Origin: Eledone cirrhosa
Taxonomy: Eukaryota
Assembly: GCA_964016885.1 (NCBI GenBank)
Contig: OZ024743.1
Location: 168,826,001-168,890,000, forward strand
Reading direction: 5' to 3'
DNA length: 64,000 nt
The notes below the pieces were generated by a model. It searched no databases. It had not been told where the DNA came from and saw only the letters and a list, made by a program, of their open reading frames with translations. Shown piece after piece: positions 40,081 through 54,066 of this stretch (positions are counted from its first letter, which is position 1; each line of letters begins with the position of its first letter). The position numbers and the translations under genes were made by a program.

Positions 40081-40198
40081 ATTAAGATTTAATATCTTAC
40101 TCTAGCAATGAAATATAGAAATAGCATGTTTATTTAATACTAACATAATAGATTGACACAAGTGGTGAAATAATTTTGTATCTCTGACTCACACCTGT

Positions 40199-40269
<71 letters not shown>
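40199..40269. repeat. (TAG)n microsatellite; another at 41503-41554
   Basis: Direct reading. Confidence 0.95.
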
Positions 40270-40270
<1 letters not shown>

Positions 40271-40384
40271 TATATATATATAATAGTAGTGATAATAATA
40301 ATAATATCATTATTAATAAGTGGACCATTAAAACTGTTATCAGGTGGTTAAAACCTCAATGCAATGGAGTTCACGCAGAGCTGT

Positions 40385-40850
40385 TATAAACTAATATTAA
40401 AAACACCAAAGATTCAAGGCATTGTCAAACTGACATGTTTCAGCCGGCTTAACCTTCATCCCCGAGTCATAGAATTGCAGTTAAAAAAGCATCAAAATTT
40501 AACATTTTTAAATTTTATAAAATTGAAAAAAATATTGATAGACTTATCATAGTTTAATAACTTGACCTTCAGGAGTTGGTCCAAGGTCGGGTCATCAGAG
40601 ATTATTTCTGCATATCGATATTTCACATAGTTTGGTGGTTCTTAACTCAAATATCAATCACAATAATAACAATGAAGGTCAAGTTATGAAACTGTAAAGA
40701 TTTTATAAAAAAATCTTTTTAAATATTTAAAAATTAAAAAAATTTTCAATTTGAAGTGTTTTGAACTGCAGCTCTATGACCCCAGGATGAAGTTTAGTTC
40801 GGCAGTTTGATAATGTCTTGAATCTTTGGTGTTTTTAAAATTAGTTTATA
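40385..40850. mobile_element. MITE-like fold-back element with ~185-bp imperfect TIRs
   Basis: TATAAACTAATATTAAAAACACCAAAGATTCAAG...CTTGAATCTTTGGTGTTTTTAAAATTAGTTTATA; ~100-bp spacer; TA flanks. Confidence 0.7.
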
Positions 40851-40857
40851 TATGTAT

Positions 40858-40945
<88 letters not shown>

Positions 40946-41268
40946 GGAGAGAGAGAGGGAGAGCGACATAGATGTATGTATATAAATAGATAGATTGATA
41001 GATAGATAGATAGATAAAAAGGTGTTCGGTGTGTCACTGAGGACGCTTTGTACAAGTTATAGTTAAGATATTTCAGTAGATTAATGTGAAAACATTCCCT
41101 CCGCCTATTTGTTCATTACGCAGCGGAAACCGCACGCACACTTACTCACACACAATCTCTTTCTTCTTCCGTCTCCCTTTTTCTCACTCTTATTCGCCTC
41201 CTCTCTCTCAATCTCGCTCACTCTCTCTCTCTCTTTCTTTCTCTTACACACACACACACACACACACA

Positions 41269-41302
<34 letters not shown>

Positions 41303-41501
41303 ATATACATACGTATGTGTATGTATATATACGAAAAGTAAACGAATATTCAACACAGAGAAACAATGCAGTATAATGAAGATATATCTTAGTTTAATGG
41401 TTGATATGGTACAAAAAGAGCCTTAACGTTTCTGGCGTTAATATAGCATTAGAATATGCAGAGATTAATGTAAGAAGAAAAGGAAGTTGATAAACTATTC
41501 T

Positions 41502-41555
<54 letters not shown>

Positions 41556-41597
41556 CCTTGGTTAACAGTGGCTGAACAGAATTGACCATACCGTTAC

Positions 41598-41629
<32 letters not shown>

Positions 41630-41660
41630 GTGTGTATGTATGTGTATGTATGTGTGTGTG

Positions 41661-41751
<91 letters not shown>

Positions 41752-41940
41752 ATTTACATGTACACAAACTACACAAAGTCAGAGATATATATGTGGCAAC
41801 CATTTACAAATGTGGCTCAATGAAGAATTAATGATTTAAAATATGTATATATATATATATATATATATATTTCATTTCTGAATTTGTTTAGCATGATTCT
41901 TTATATGAAAACGTGTGTTGAAACATATATTGTTATACAT

Positions 41941-44900
41941 TGGGAGGGTCATGTTGCCAATAAGAAACAAACGCACCAGTTGCTTTCACTCCAATTTATT
42001 ATAAATTAAATTTATATATTTAAGAAATTTGTAAATTTCTGGTTGGTTGGTTGGTTCCACAACCGGTTGTTTGTTCATATATTGTCAAAGTTCTTTCGTC
42101 ACACATTATGTGACCTCTTCAGTGACTGGGGATTATTTTCTTTGTTTTGTGCCTCTCCTTTGTTCTGTCCTACGCCATCATGTTTTTGTGTGCGTGTTGT
42201 GTGCTTAGTTTGCGCATGTGTTACATCCGGGTGTCTGTATATGTTTTTATTTGTTTATTTATTTGTTTATTTGTTACTAGTTGGTTGTTTGTTCTATGTG
42301 TGTGTTTACATTTTCTCCTTAATTGTAAGTTGTGATGTTGTTATTCAATTCATGTTTTCTATTTAATTTTGGTTGGTGTTCATGTATGTTTATTGCCTCT
42401 GTGATTTGACTAAACATTGCGTCTTTTCTGTGTGTAGATTTAATTTTTTATTTCTATGTTCTCTAATTTGCCCTTATGTTCTATTTTAGCATGCTGGTAG
42501 AGTACAGATCATTCTTTTCTATCTTGAAGCTCTCACCAGTGTTCATTTAATCGTTCTCCTATACTACGAGCTATTTCACCTATATACACTATATTCTTAT
42601 CTTTACATTGTCCCTCAGTAATCGTATGCTATATACTAAGTTTCTAGTTTTGCAGTTAATATGGGGCTTAGTTTACAGATTATGCATTTCTTATCTTTAG
42701 AGGGCGGTCTTTGAAAAGTGTATGTATTGCTAATATGTGTTTTTATGGACGTACTTGGGATTTCCACTTTTCTAATATTTAGTTTAAGTTTATCTAGGGC
42801 CCTTCTAAATTTGTAAGCTAGTTCTCCTCTAGGGGTTGTATTGATGAAGATTACATTCTGATATTTATTGCTATCATACCATGAGTTTATTCTATTAACC
42901 TTATTCCTAGTTCTTTCTATTCTATTCCAAAATTTGCTCCTATACAAGGGGCAGGTCCCATTTGTATCATTATTTACCATATTTTCCCAAATGAGAAACA
43001 ACACACACAACAATAATAACAACATACACAGAGACAACAACAATATCAGCAACAACAAAACACATCAACAACAACACACATCAACAACAACACACACCAA
43101 CAACAAAAACACACACATGTCATATGCCTATCACCACCACCACAATCTTAACAGACATTACAGACACAGAAAACAGATAATGACAGTAACACAGAGGTAA
43201 GGGAATGTAATAGGATTGAGAGAAGGGAGACTTTTGAGACTGACAGAGTAAAATAACCAGGACGAACACACAGACACACCAATTAGACTACATAATAACA
43301 ATGAGCCAGAGGAAAGAGACAGGAGTAACAATGAGAGAGATAGAGAACATCCATGAGGCTGTTGGTGGAAATAGAAATAGAAACAACAACACAACTAACT
43401 ATAGCAATAGAACACACAACGCGGCCTGGAATTCTACTTTTTATAACCCTTCCGATATGTCCTTCGATTTACGACGAGTCCACGCCACGACTCTAGCTTT
43501 TAACAAACGCACGCAATTGCCGTCGCAGGTCGATGAAGAAACAGAAGTAAAATTTAATATAGCTAGATCTAAACTTAGAAATACTATAGAACAGTATAGC
43601 AAGAAGCAAAATAGAATGGAGGCCCAGCAACTGTGAGAAAAATCTGCAAATGACTTGCAAAGCGCTCACGTAATGGAGAGATTGCATGCTTTCCAACAGA
43701 CAAGTCTGGCAGAATGTCGGTTGACAGTCTGTCAAACTACATCCAGGCAATTCAACCCCACATCACAAACACAAGAGAAGTAACACCACAAGAGCATGAG
43801 GATGGGGAGAAAACGCTCAACGCTCATATGATGATGTGGATAATTATAATGGAGCGCAATAAACGGACTACCAACAAATTCCAGGTCTGGAACAATGACG
43901 TGCCAGCATTGTATGGGCTTCGAAAAGACCATAAGACGAACAGTGACCCAATCAGAGGACCACCAACACGGTCAGTCTGTGGAACTAACATTGCTAGTAA
44001 CTACAGACTTTCCTACTTCCTCTCCCTGATCGTACACCCCATCATTGAAATGTCCCCGGATATATGTGACAGCACGGAGGACCTCCTCAGCAGAATCAGC
44101 GGAAATAACCGATCTAGGGACCTAACAAACTGTATAATAGGTAGTATGGATGTAGTGCCGCTATATCCATCTATTGACGTGGATGTTGCTGTGGAGAAAT
44201 ACGTAGAAATGATCAGTGAGAGCAATGTTGAATTCCGTGGGATTGATACCAGAGAGCTGGGACTCCGACTTAAACTTACTTATAATAATGATTAGCTACA
44301 TACGTATGACCTTAGCAACCTCTGCCCCACAAGGCCAGCAAGAGGCAGACCATCTACCATTACTTCAATGGCCAAGAAAACCCACACAGAAAGATGGAAC
44401 AGGTAGACTAGAGTCATACGGACCCCCGAAAACCATGATGAACTAAAGAAAATGATTGCACATGCGGTGGGGGCCAGTATAAAACTAACCCTTAAGGAAC
44501 ATATGTTCAAATTTAATGGAAAAACATATGCCCAAGAGGAGGGAGCAGCCATTGGTTTTAGCATTGCAGGTGACATAGCTAACCTATTCATGCTATGGTG
44601 GGACAATAAACTTAAATAACAATTAGAAGACGCCAACCTCTTAACCCTGATAACGTACTCTCACTACGTTGATGATATAAACATCGTAGTAAAAACACCC
44701 CCACTAGAGAACAGTCAGGAATTAGAAAAAAACACACCATGGAAAGCATCCAGAAAATAGCTAACTCCATCCACCAGAGTATTAGAGTTACTATAGACTA
44801 CCCACGCAAACACCCCAACCATCGATTACCTGTACTAAACACAGAGCTCTGGTTAGAAACCATTAATAACAAAAAGCAAATCCTCCATTCCCATTACACC

Positions 44901-46172
44901 AAACCCATGACTTCCAAATACCTGATCCACCGAAACTCAGCTGTTTCGGATCACACCAAAATCAACATACTGATTGCGGATTTAATACGGGTGATGAGGA
45001 ACGTGTCCTGCATGTGCAACCCCAAAGAACAAGAGAGACACATAAAACACTTCATCCACCGTATGCAGTTTCACTGGTTACAATCAGAGAGATAAAATCA
45101 GAGTATATAGAGGAGCCAGAACCAAATGGGAAAATATGGTAAATAATGATACAAATGGGACCCCTTCCATAGGATCAAATTTTGGAATAGAATAGAAAGA
45201 ACTAGGAATAAGGTTAATAGAATAAACTCATGGTACGATAGAAATAAATACCAGAGTGTAATGTTCATCAATACAATCCCTAGAGGAGAACTAGCTTACA
45301 AATTTAGAAGGGCCCTAGATAAACTTGAACTAAATATTAGAAAAGTGGAAAGACCAAGTACCTCCATAAAAACACATATTAGCAATACATACCCTTTTCA
45401 AAGACCTCCCTCTAAAGATAAGAAATGCATAATCTGTAAACTAAGCCCCCATTTTTAACTGCAAAACTAGAAACTTAGTCTATAGCATGAGATTTACTGA
45501 GGGACAATGTAAATATAAGAATATAGTGTACATAGGTGAAACAGCTCGTAGTATAGGAGAACGATTAAATGAACACTGGCGAGAGGTTCAAGATAGAAAA
45601 GAATGATCAGTACTCCACCAACATGCTAAAATATAACACAAGGGCAAATTAGAGTATATAGAAATAAAAATAAAATCTACACACAGAAAAGACGCAATGT
45701 TTAGACAAATCACACCGGCAATAAACATAAATGAACTCCAACCTAAATTAAATAGAAAACATGAATGGAATAGTAACATCACAACTTACAATTAAGGACA
45801 AAATGAAAACACACACACATAGAACAAACAACCAGCTATTAACAAATAAACAAATAAATAAACAAATAAAAACACACAGACACCCGGATGTAACACATGC
45901 GCAAACTAAGCACACAACACACACACAAACAAGATGGCGTAGGACAGAACAAAAGAGAGGCACAAAACAAAGAAAAGAATCCCCAGTCACTGAAGAGGTC
46001 ACATAATGTGTGATGAAAGAACTTTGACAATATATGAAAAACCACCCGGTTGTGGAACCAACCAACCAACCGGAAATATACAAATTTCTAAATTTCTAAA
46101 TTTAATTTATAATAAATTGGAGTGAAAGCAACTGGTGCGTGTGTTTCTTATTGGCAACATGACCCTCCCCAA
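41941..46172 (+). mobile_element. Penelope-like element (non-Naiad; Nematis/Neptune-like, clade uncertain) with ~1.05-kb inverted duplication of its 3' end
   Basis: YGLRKDHK..PTRSVC, GSMDVVPLYPSID, GAAIG, YVDDI, CIICK..C..LVY..YIGETARSIGERLNEH; 41941-42988 is the reverse complement of 45127-46172. Confidence 0.9.
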
Positions 46173-46545
<373 letters not shown>

Positions 46546-46560
46546 CTCGCTATATATATA

Positions 46561-47227
46561 TATATCAACTAGAAATTGATTTACATATATATATCTAAAA
46601 TAAACATATGAACCAATCACAGGGAATAATTTGTAAAAGTGTGTAAGAACACATAGCCAGGTAGGCACCTACTTAAAGTTTAACTAGAACTTTAAAAATA
46701 GATACTTTATAAAATGATTAATCTTCCTTGTATATATTTCATTAAAGAAATATATTTCACCATTAATCGATTGGTAAACCACAGTGGCCAAATTACGGAT
46801 TTTCAACAAGCGTGAAGATCTAACTATCTGTGTTTACACAGCAAATTCAAATCTGCAAATGATTAGCAGCAAGTGTTGCATTTTTTTTTATATACACACA
46901 TCGTACCAGCTTCATCCCAATGGCGTGAATAGGGTTATCGACAACTAGAAATAGCAGCCGAGTCCTTTCAACTGAGTTAGCTCTTCAATTAAGGGGCCGT
47001 GTATATATCCAAAATTCGATTAATGGTGAAGTATATTTCTTTAATGAAATATATACAAGGAAGATTAATCAATGTATAAGGTATCTATTTTTAAAGTTCT
47101 AGTTAAACTTTAATTAGTTACCTACCTGGCTATGTGTGCTTACACACTTTTACAAATTATTCCCTGTGATTGTTTCATATGTTTATTTCAGATATATATA
47201 TATCTAAATCAATTTCTAGTTGATATA
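46561..47227. repeat. ~210-bp inverted repeat with ~245-bp spacer (MITE or PLE fold-back)
   Basis: TATATCAACTAGAAATTG...CACCATTAATCGA versus TCGATTAATGGTG...CAATTTCTAGTTGATATA. Confidence 0.8.
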
Positions 47228-47328
47228 AAATGCTCGAATCTATTCATTGGAATCTTGGAGCATATTCTACAGTGGATATGGTGCATGTCTCTCTGACATG
47301 ACACCCTTAATTTAATTTTGGATATATA

Positions 47329-47445
<117 letters not shown>

Positions 47446-47999
47446 GTTGTAGTTTGCTTGAAGCATTGTTGAATAGGAAAAACAAATTTAAATAATTTTT
47501 AAAACCATACAATGCACTAGAAAATTAAAATGGTCAAGATAAAATAGAATCTTACCTTAGCTAATTTAATAATCCCAAATATGTTCGTGTCTAAAAACCC
47601 ATTTTCAAGGGAGTATCCTAGTGAGGGACTTAAAGGGTCGATCGGAGATGAGTTGTGAGGAAGGTAGGTTTAAGTTAAACGCAATGAAAATACGTTAAAA
47701 TGTCGAGCGTGTGCGTTGTCAAAAAGATATATGGTTGTGTGTGCGTGAATGTAAGTGTGCTCATTGAGATGTATGTATGTGTGTGCATGGGGTGGTCAAG
47801 AGTGAGTTAGTTTTTTTATTGATGCTCTCTCTCCTGATGGCTTTGCGTATGGCGTTGGTGGTTTCCTCGCTGGCAACAACATTACCACAACAGTTTTAGC
47901 TACCGAACGCAGTATAGGCACTCTGAGAATTAAGGAAGCCCACTTGATTAAGCAATTAAAACCGCAATAAAATGTATTTAAATATATATATATATATAT

Positions 48000-49118
48000 A
48001 ACAAAGGAATTGTGGTAAGGAACCAGATGGACCATAACGCGCCAGAGTACTCAATACTTAGGGTAGTAGAGTGGGAAATAGGAAAAAGTATGACCCCGAC
48101 GGCAGAGCTCAAGCCGTTTCGACGGCTATTTCTGGACTAAATCAGAATTTTTAGCCTGGTGAATAATTTAGTCCACAAATAGCTGGCGAAACGGCTTGAG
48201 CTCTGCCGTCGGGGTCATACTTTTTCCTATTTACCACTCTACTACCCTAAGTATTGAGTACTCTGGCGCGTTATGGTCCATCTAGTTCCTTACCACAATT
48301 CCTTTGTTATTTAGCTCCTATCTCTGTAGTAGAGCACTTTCCGACTCTACCACGCCATATCTCAACTTTTCTACCCAGCTCAAGTTTCTTCACCCGCACG
48401 ATGCGAAAACACAACATCGACTTCTCCACCAAAAACATCCCAGTTCCACCGAGAAAACTTTACCTTCGGATGCTCACACAAAAAATCGACCTTTTTGCGA
48501 AAAGACTAAGATGGAGAACTTTTTTCTACGAGGGCTATTTATTCACCAGGCTAAAAATTCTAATTCAGTCCAGAAATAGCCGTCGAAACGGCTTCAGCTC
48601 TGCCGTCGGGGTCATACTTTTTCCTATATATATATATATATTAAACGACCATATATATATATATATATATATATCGCTCATAGTCCTTAACAAGGCACTC
48701 ATATTCGCGATGAATAGGACAGACCTAACACGCGACGAAGTCCGAATCATGCACGCCGCCAGAAAGACCCTGATCCGATTCGGTGGGGACATATGGACCC
48801 GGAGCGACTGGCCAAATAATTTGGACATTACAATGGGCTCCAGTGACTCCGCGCAGCTAACGGACTTGGTTGGGATATACATACGCTACGGGATCAGGAG
48901 AGAAATACCCAACCTGGGCGGGGGGCTCTACCGAGACGACGCACTCTTCACCGTAGCACCATAATGGTCGAAAATATGAAGAGGAGAATTAGACACTTTT
49001 TAGCAAGGTAGGACTTAAGGTAAAGATGGAACCCAATAGAAAAGTAGTGAATTTACTGGACACCACCCTCAACTTCATCACCAAGCTACACTACCCGTAT
49101 GATAAACCCAATGAGGAT
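48000..49118 (+). mobile_element. Rearranged Naiad-type PLE: inverted terminal repeats, ORF start and RT core
   Basis: ATG 48401 MRKHNIDFSTKNIPVP..KRLRWRTFFY; DITMGSSDSAQLTDLVG..GGLYRDD; terminal-repeat copies at 48000-48165 (-), 48187-48310 (+), 48533-48627 (+). Confidence 0.85.
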
Positions 49119-49169
49119 ATACATACACATGCATCCATTTATATACACATATACATATACATACATATG

Positions 49170-49390
49170 TACATGTGTATATACATATTTACACACTTTT
49201 GGATGGCCGTTGACCCTTATGAGTTCTTCCGCCCTTTGTCAGGTTTTGTTTTTTGTCCTGCAGGGTGTCCAAAATCACCCTCCTCACCAAGTAAACTTGG
49301 TGGGGTTGCCGGTTTAGTCGCCGACAACCGTACCATGCGGTAGGTTGAACTGGGTTACATGTTACCAGTAGGACTCAAGAGTGACCCGAC
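49170..49390 (-). mobile_element. 5' part of RTE-derived subfamily A
   Basis: Aligns to 9105-9329. Confidence 0.7.
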
Positions 49391-49614
49391 ATGCACACAT
49401 ACATGCATATATACATACACACATACATATATACATACACGCATATATACATGCATACATAAACATATACACATGCATACATAAACATATACACATACAT
49501 ATATACATGCATACATTGATACCGATACATACATCAATGCACTCATAAGTATATATAAATACGTACACACGCATTTACATACACACACATACATATATTT
49601 ACACATACATAATA

Positions 49615-49664
<50 letters not shown>

Positions 49665-49765
49665 GGCTGACAACTGATGCAACCAAGACACCATAGTAAA
49701 AACCAATATATGGAACATTATATTATGTAACAATCTCTCATTATTTTAATTTATATTCCTTTGAA

Positions 49766-49885
49766 GTTCCGAAGAGCCGCTCTGTCTTTTAAATATGTTA
49801 GTTATTTTGAACTGAACCAGATCAATTATGATATATAGTCATCTGATCCAGAAATATTATATGGAGTAGCGAAACAATTGTAAAC
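49766..49885 (+). ncRNA. Degenerate hammerhead (U4C) with 95-nt stem II domain
   Basis: GTT-CCGAAGA-GCCGCTCTGT...ATGGAGTAGC-GAAAC-AATT-GTA-AAC. Confidence 0.4.
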
Positions 49886-50013
49886 GGACATTATTATTAT
49901 TATTCTCTACATTATTATTATTCTCTACATTCCTCACATCAAACTAAAATATGTTGACAATCTTTTAATAATATCTTCGTTGTGAAATTTGTGGTTTTGC
50001 TTTGCTTAACTAA

Positions 50014-50074
<61 letters not shown>

Positions 50075-50118
50075 CAATGATATTAAATAAATGGAAACTC
50101 AATTTATAAAATCACATT

Positions 50119-50180
50119 TATTCTATTATATATATTTCAAGTCTACCAACAATTTTGGTACGCTATCATCAGATAAAATA
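50119..50180 (-). ncRNA. Type I hammerhead ribozyme, canonical core
   Basis: TATTTTAT-CTGATGA-TAGCGTACCAA-AATTG-TTGGTAGACTT-GAAA-TATATA-TA-ATAGAATA, in a short insert between (AT)n tracts. Confidence 0.7.
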
Positions 50181-50280
50181 CAAAATGTTTTATAAATATT
50201 TGACATGACCAAGGATAATATACCTTAACGGTTCAAGTTATCCCTAGAAAGTGATAACTTTCATGTCAAATTAAATATCT

Positions 50281-50332
<52 letters not shown>

Positions 50333-50337
<5 letters not shown>

Positions 50338-50943
50338 TGGCTGCCAACTCGTTTTCGAGTACGGCCACTACTTTATATCCATGTAGGAGAACCCCTACCA
50401 ATGCGCTGAACGAGTGTGACTTTTTAGTCCAGCCAGCGACTTGAAAACTCTGGTACAAACACTACACCTGTGACAATTATTGACACATAGTGCTGGGCCC
50501 ATGGTACCATGTGACGACAAGTGCAGAGAGATCTCCAGATATAAACCAATGCCTGTGCTGTGAAGCTTTTATAGTGAGCAAAGGCACTGCACAAAGCCAG
50601 TCCCACTATCTTAACCAAGATGATATTTACCAAAAAGAAGAAAAATTCAACATCATTGGATACCATCAGGGTTGCAGGTGTTATATCAGAGTTTTCCTTC
50701 TCCTAGAATTCTGCCTTGACAAAGGCTAAGGGGTCATCTGTCCCGGTGATTTTGGATGGCTATTGACTCTTAAGAGCCCCTTTGCCTTTTGACAGGTTTT
50801 GTTTTTAGTCCTGCAGGATGTCCAAAGCCACCCTCCTCACCAAGAAACCTTGGTGGGGTTGCCAGTTTAGTCGCCAACGACCCGACCATGAGACAGGTTG
50901 TACTGGGATACATGCTACCAGTAGCACCAACTGGTGATCTGAC
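50333..50943 (-). mobile_element. Non-autonomous bipartite RTE derivative, subfamily B
   Basis: Collinear homolog of 9424-10026. Confidence 0.75.
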
Positions 50944-51185
50944 ATATATATATACATCCATAGGCAAGTATGCATATATAAATGCATACATACAAGCATA
51001 CATACATACATTCATACATATATACATATTCCATGTACCAATTCCTTTGCTTTCGTTTATTTGAAATGTAATGTCCATTCAATGTGATAAGTTTCTTATT
51101 TGCGTCTTGACATGAAATCTTTTCTACACGATTATCGCCTTACTTGTTCAATGCTAATAATATAACATACTTAATATTAATAATA

Positions 51186-51629
51186 ATGATTTCTACTATA
51201 GGCACAAGGCCAGCAATTTGTGGTGAGAGGAAAGTTGATTAAATCGACCTTAGTGCATTACTGATGTTTTGTTTCATCAACTCCGTAAAGATGAAAGGCA
51301 AAGCTAACCTCGGTGGGATTTGAACTCAGGACCATAACTCTAGTCTGAAAAGCATGGTGTCCGACGCTTATAGTGATACTGCCAATCTCCCATCCCAAAT
51401 AATAGTAATAATAATGGTTTCTTATTTAGGCACAAAGCCAGCAATTGGGGGGGGGGAGTCGATGAAATTGACCCCAGTGCGTGACTGGTACTTTATTTTA
51501 TCGACCCCCGTAAGGATAAAAGGAAAAGTTAACGTCGGCGGGATTTGAACTCAGATCATACAGGGCCGTAACTCTATCCTGCAAAGCATGACGTCCGACT
51601 CTCTACCGACCCTGCCAATCCACCACCCT
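51186..51629 (-). mobile_element. Two tandem tRNA-derived SINEs in (TAA)n
   Basis: Copies at about 51186-51396 and 51415-51629 with A/B boxes, core and tail. Confidence 0.85.
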
Positions 51630-51644
51630 AATAATAATAATAAT

Positions 51645-54050
51645 GAATCCTGAGGCGGAACAGACTAAGACATTCTGGAGAGGAATATGGGAGCAGGATG
51701 TTGAATATAATAGTCAGGCAGTGTGGATTGAGACAGTTCAAAAGGAGAACAAGCACACCAACAACCTGATTTGAGTATCACAGTTGAAACTCTTAAAGAG
51801 CGGGTCAAAAGAGTAACCAACTGGAAATCACCAGGCCCAGATGGTATGCAAGGATATTGGATTAAAAATTGATATACCTCCACCCGAAACTGACAACTGA
51901 CAATCAATGACTGCTTGATGTCGGGTGAAGTACCAGAGTGGTTGAAAAAAGGTACCACAGCTCTGGTAATGAAAGACCGAATCAAGGGTAATGATGTTAC
52001 CAACTATAGGCCTATCACATGTCTGTCCGTAATGTGGAAACTGTTAACAAGCATTGTGTCTGAGGAAATCTACCATCAACTTGTTACCGGAAGAGCAGGA
52101 AGGATGCCGAAATAAGTCCCGTGGTACAAAAGCCCACTTACTTATTGATAATATGGTAATGAGGAATTGCAAGAGGTGGCACACTGGTCTTGCCATGGGA
52201 TGGATAGATTACAAAAAGGCATTCGACATGGTTATCCATTCTTGGATAACCAAAAGCCTAGAGATCTTCAAGGTGGCAGATAACATCAGATAGTTGTTGA
52301 GCAAAAGTATGAAGTCCTGGGAAACAGAGATAACATCGGGATAAAATCCTTGGGAGGCGTGAATATCAAGAGAGGTATCTTCCAGGGAGATAATGTGTCC
52401 CCTTTGTTGTTTGTCCTTGCCCTGATACCCCTGACCGTTATATTGCAAAGAGTGAGAGTAGGATACAAGTTGGGAAGAGGAGAGCTTACTATCAACCACC
52501 TACTCCTCATAGACGATCTTAAACTCTTTGGGAAAAGTGAGAAGGAGTTGGATGTACTTGTGGACACTGTCCGTATTTTCAGCAATGATATATGTATGCA
52601 ATTTGGTATTAATAAGTGTTGAGTCCTAGTGATGAAGAGGGGTAAATTGAGCAGAAGTAACGGAATACAGGTACCAACGGGTGAGATGATAAAGGAAATT
52701 AACACTGAAGAGGGATACAAATAATTAGGTGTTCTGGAGGCAGATGACATCAAGAACAAAAAAATGAAGGAATTGATTAGATCTGAATACATTCGGAGAG
52801 TAAGGAACGTATTAAAATCATATCTAAACAGTAGGAATGCCATAAGTGCAGTACATTCCCGAGCTGTGTCTATTATTAGGTACAGTGCGGGAATTCTGAG
52901 ATGGAATGTTGCTGCACAAAAAGAAATGGATAGGAAGACTAGGAAGCTATTGACTATCTACAACATGTTCCACAAGAGGAGTGATGTTGATAAACTCTAC
53001 TTAAAGAGATCTGAAGGGAGAAGAGGTCTTATCAGCATGGAGGACTGTGTTCAGATGGAGAAAAACAACCTACACAAATATGTGGCTGACATTAGGGAGC
53101 CAATGCTCAAAATTGTACTGAAGGAGAAGACAATAGACTAGGGGATGTGCAAGGAGGAAATAACAACAAGGAAGAAGTGCAACCTTCATGAAAAATCCCT
53201 TCATAGTACCTTCTTTGAGAAAACTGAATATAGAGATCCACAGATATGGAACTGGTTAAAAAGTAGAGACCCTAAAAAAGCTACAGAAGGAATGGTAATG
53301 GTTGCCCAAGTGCAAGCCCTTAGAACGAAGTGGGTGAAACACCATATTAATAAGGAGGAGTAGCCTCCTCCTTGTTAATATGGAGTTTCACCCACTGTGT
53401 TGGATCTGTGGAGAGAGAGAGGAGACTGTGGCTCACATGGTATCCGATTGTAACCCCTAGCCCAGACTCACTATAAAGGCTGGAGACATGAGGTGATGGG
53501 CAGGGTGATCCACTGGCACCTATGCAAAGTAAACAATTTACCACATTCCGAGAAGTGGTATGAGCATAAGCCAGAGTCGGTGATGGAAAACGATCAGGTG
53601 AAGGTGCTATGGGAATTTAGGATACAGATGGACAAGAAACTAGAACATAATAGGCCCGGCCTGGAGGTTTTGGACAAGGAAAAAAGATCGTGCCTGTTTG
53701 TAGATGTAGCCTGCCCATTTGACGCGAGAGTGTAAGAAAAGGAGAGGGAGAAAATTAACCGATACCAGGACATAAAATAGGAGATAAAAAAGGATTTGGA
53801 ACTGCCATGAAATCAAGGTCGTCCGGATTGTCATAGGCGCACTAGGTACTATCTCAAAGAGTTTCCAAGTATGGTTAATGAAGATTAGTCCAGCCCGGCT
53901 TTTTGGAACGCTTCAAAAGGCATGTTTGCTGGGAACAGCAAGAACCCTCCGATACGTCCTGAATATCTGAGGCTGCAGGTAGCGGCTTGATATTCATTTC
54001 CAACAAACTTTCCAGTTAAATAACATCAATGACTGAGACTCAAAGAATAA
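51645..54050 (+). mobile_element. 5'-truncated Dong-like (R4 clade) element in (TAA)n
   Basis: KSPGPDG, NYRPITCL, WIDYKKAFD, GIFQGD..SPLLF, LLLIDDLKL, HNRP..VDVACP; 3' tail runs into (AAT)n. Confidence 0.9.
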
Positions 54051-54066
54051 GAATAATAATAATAAT

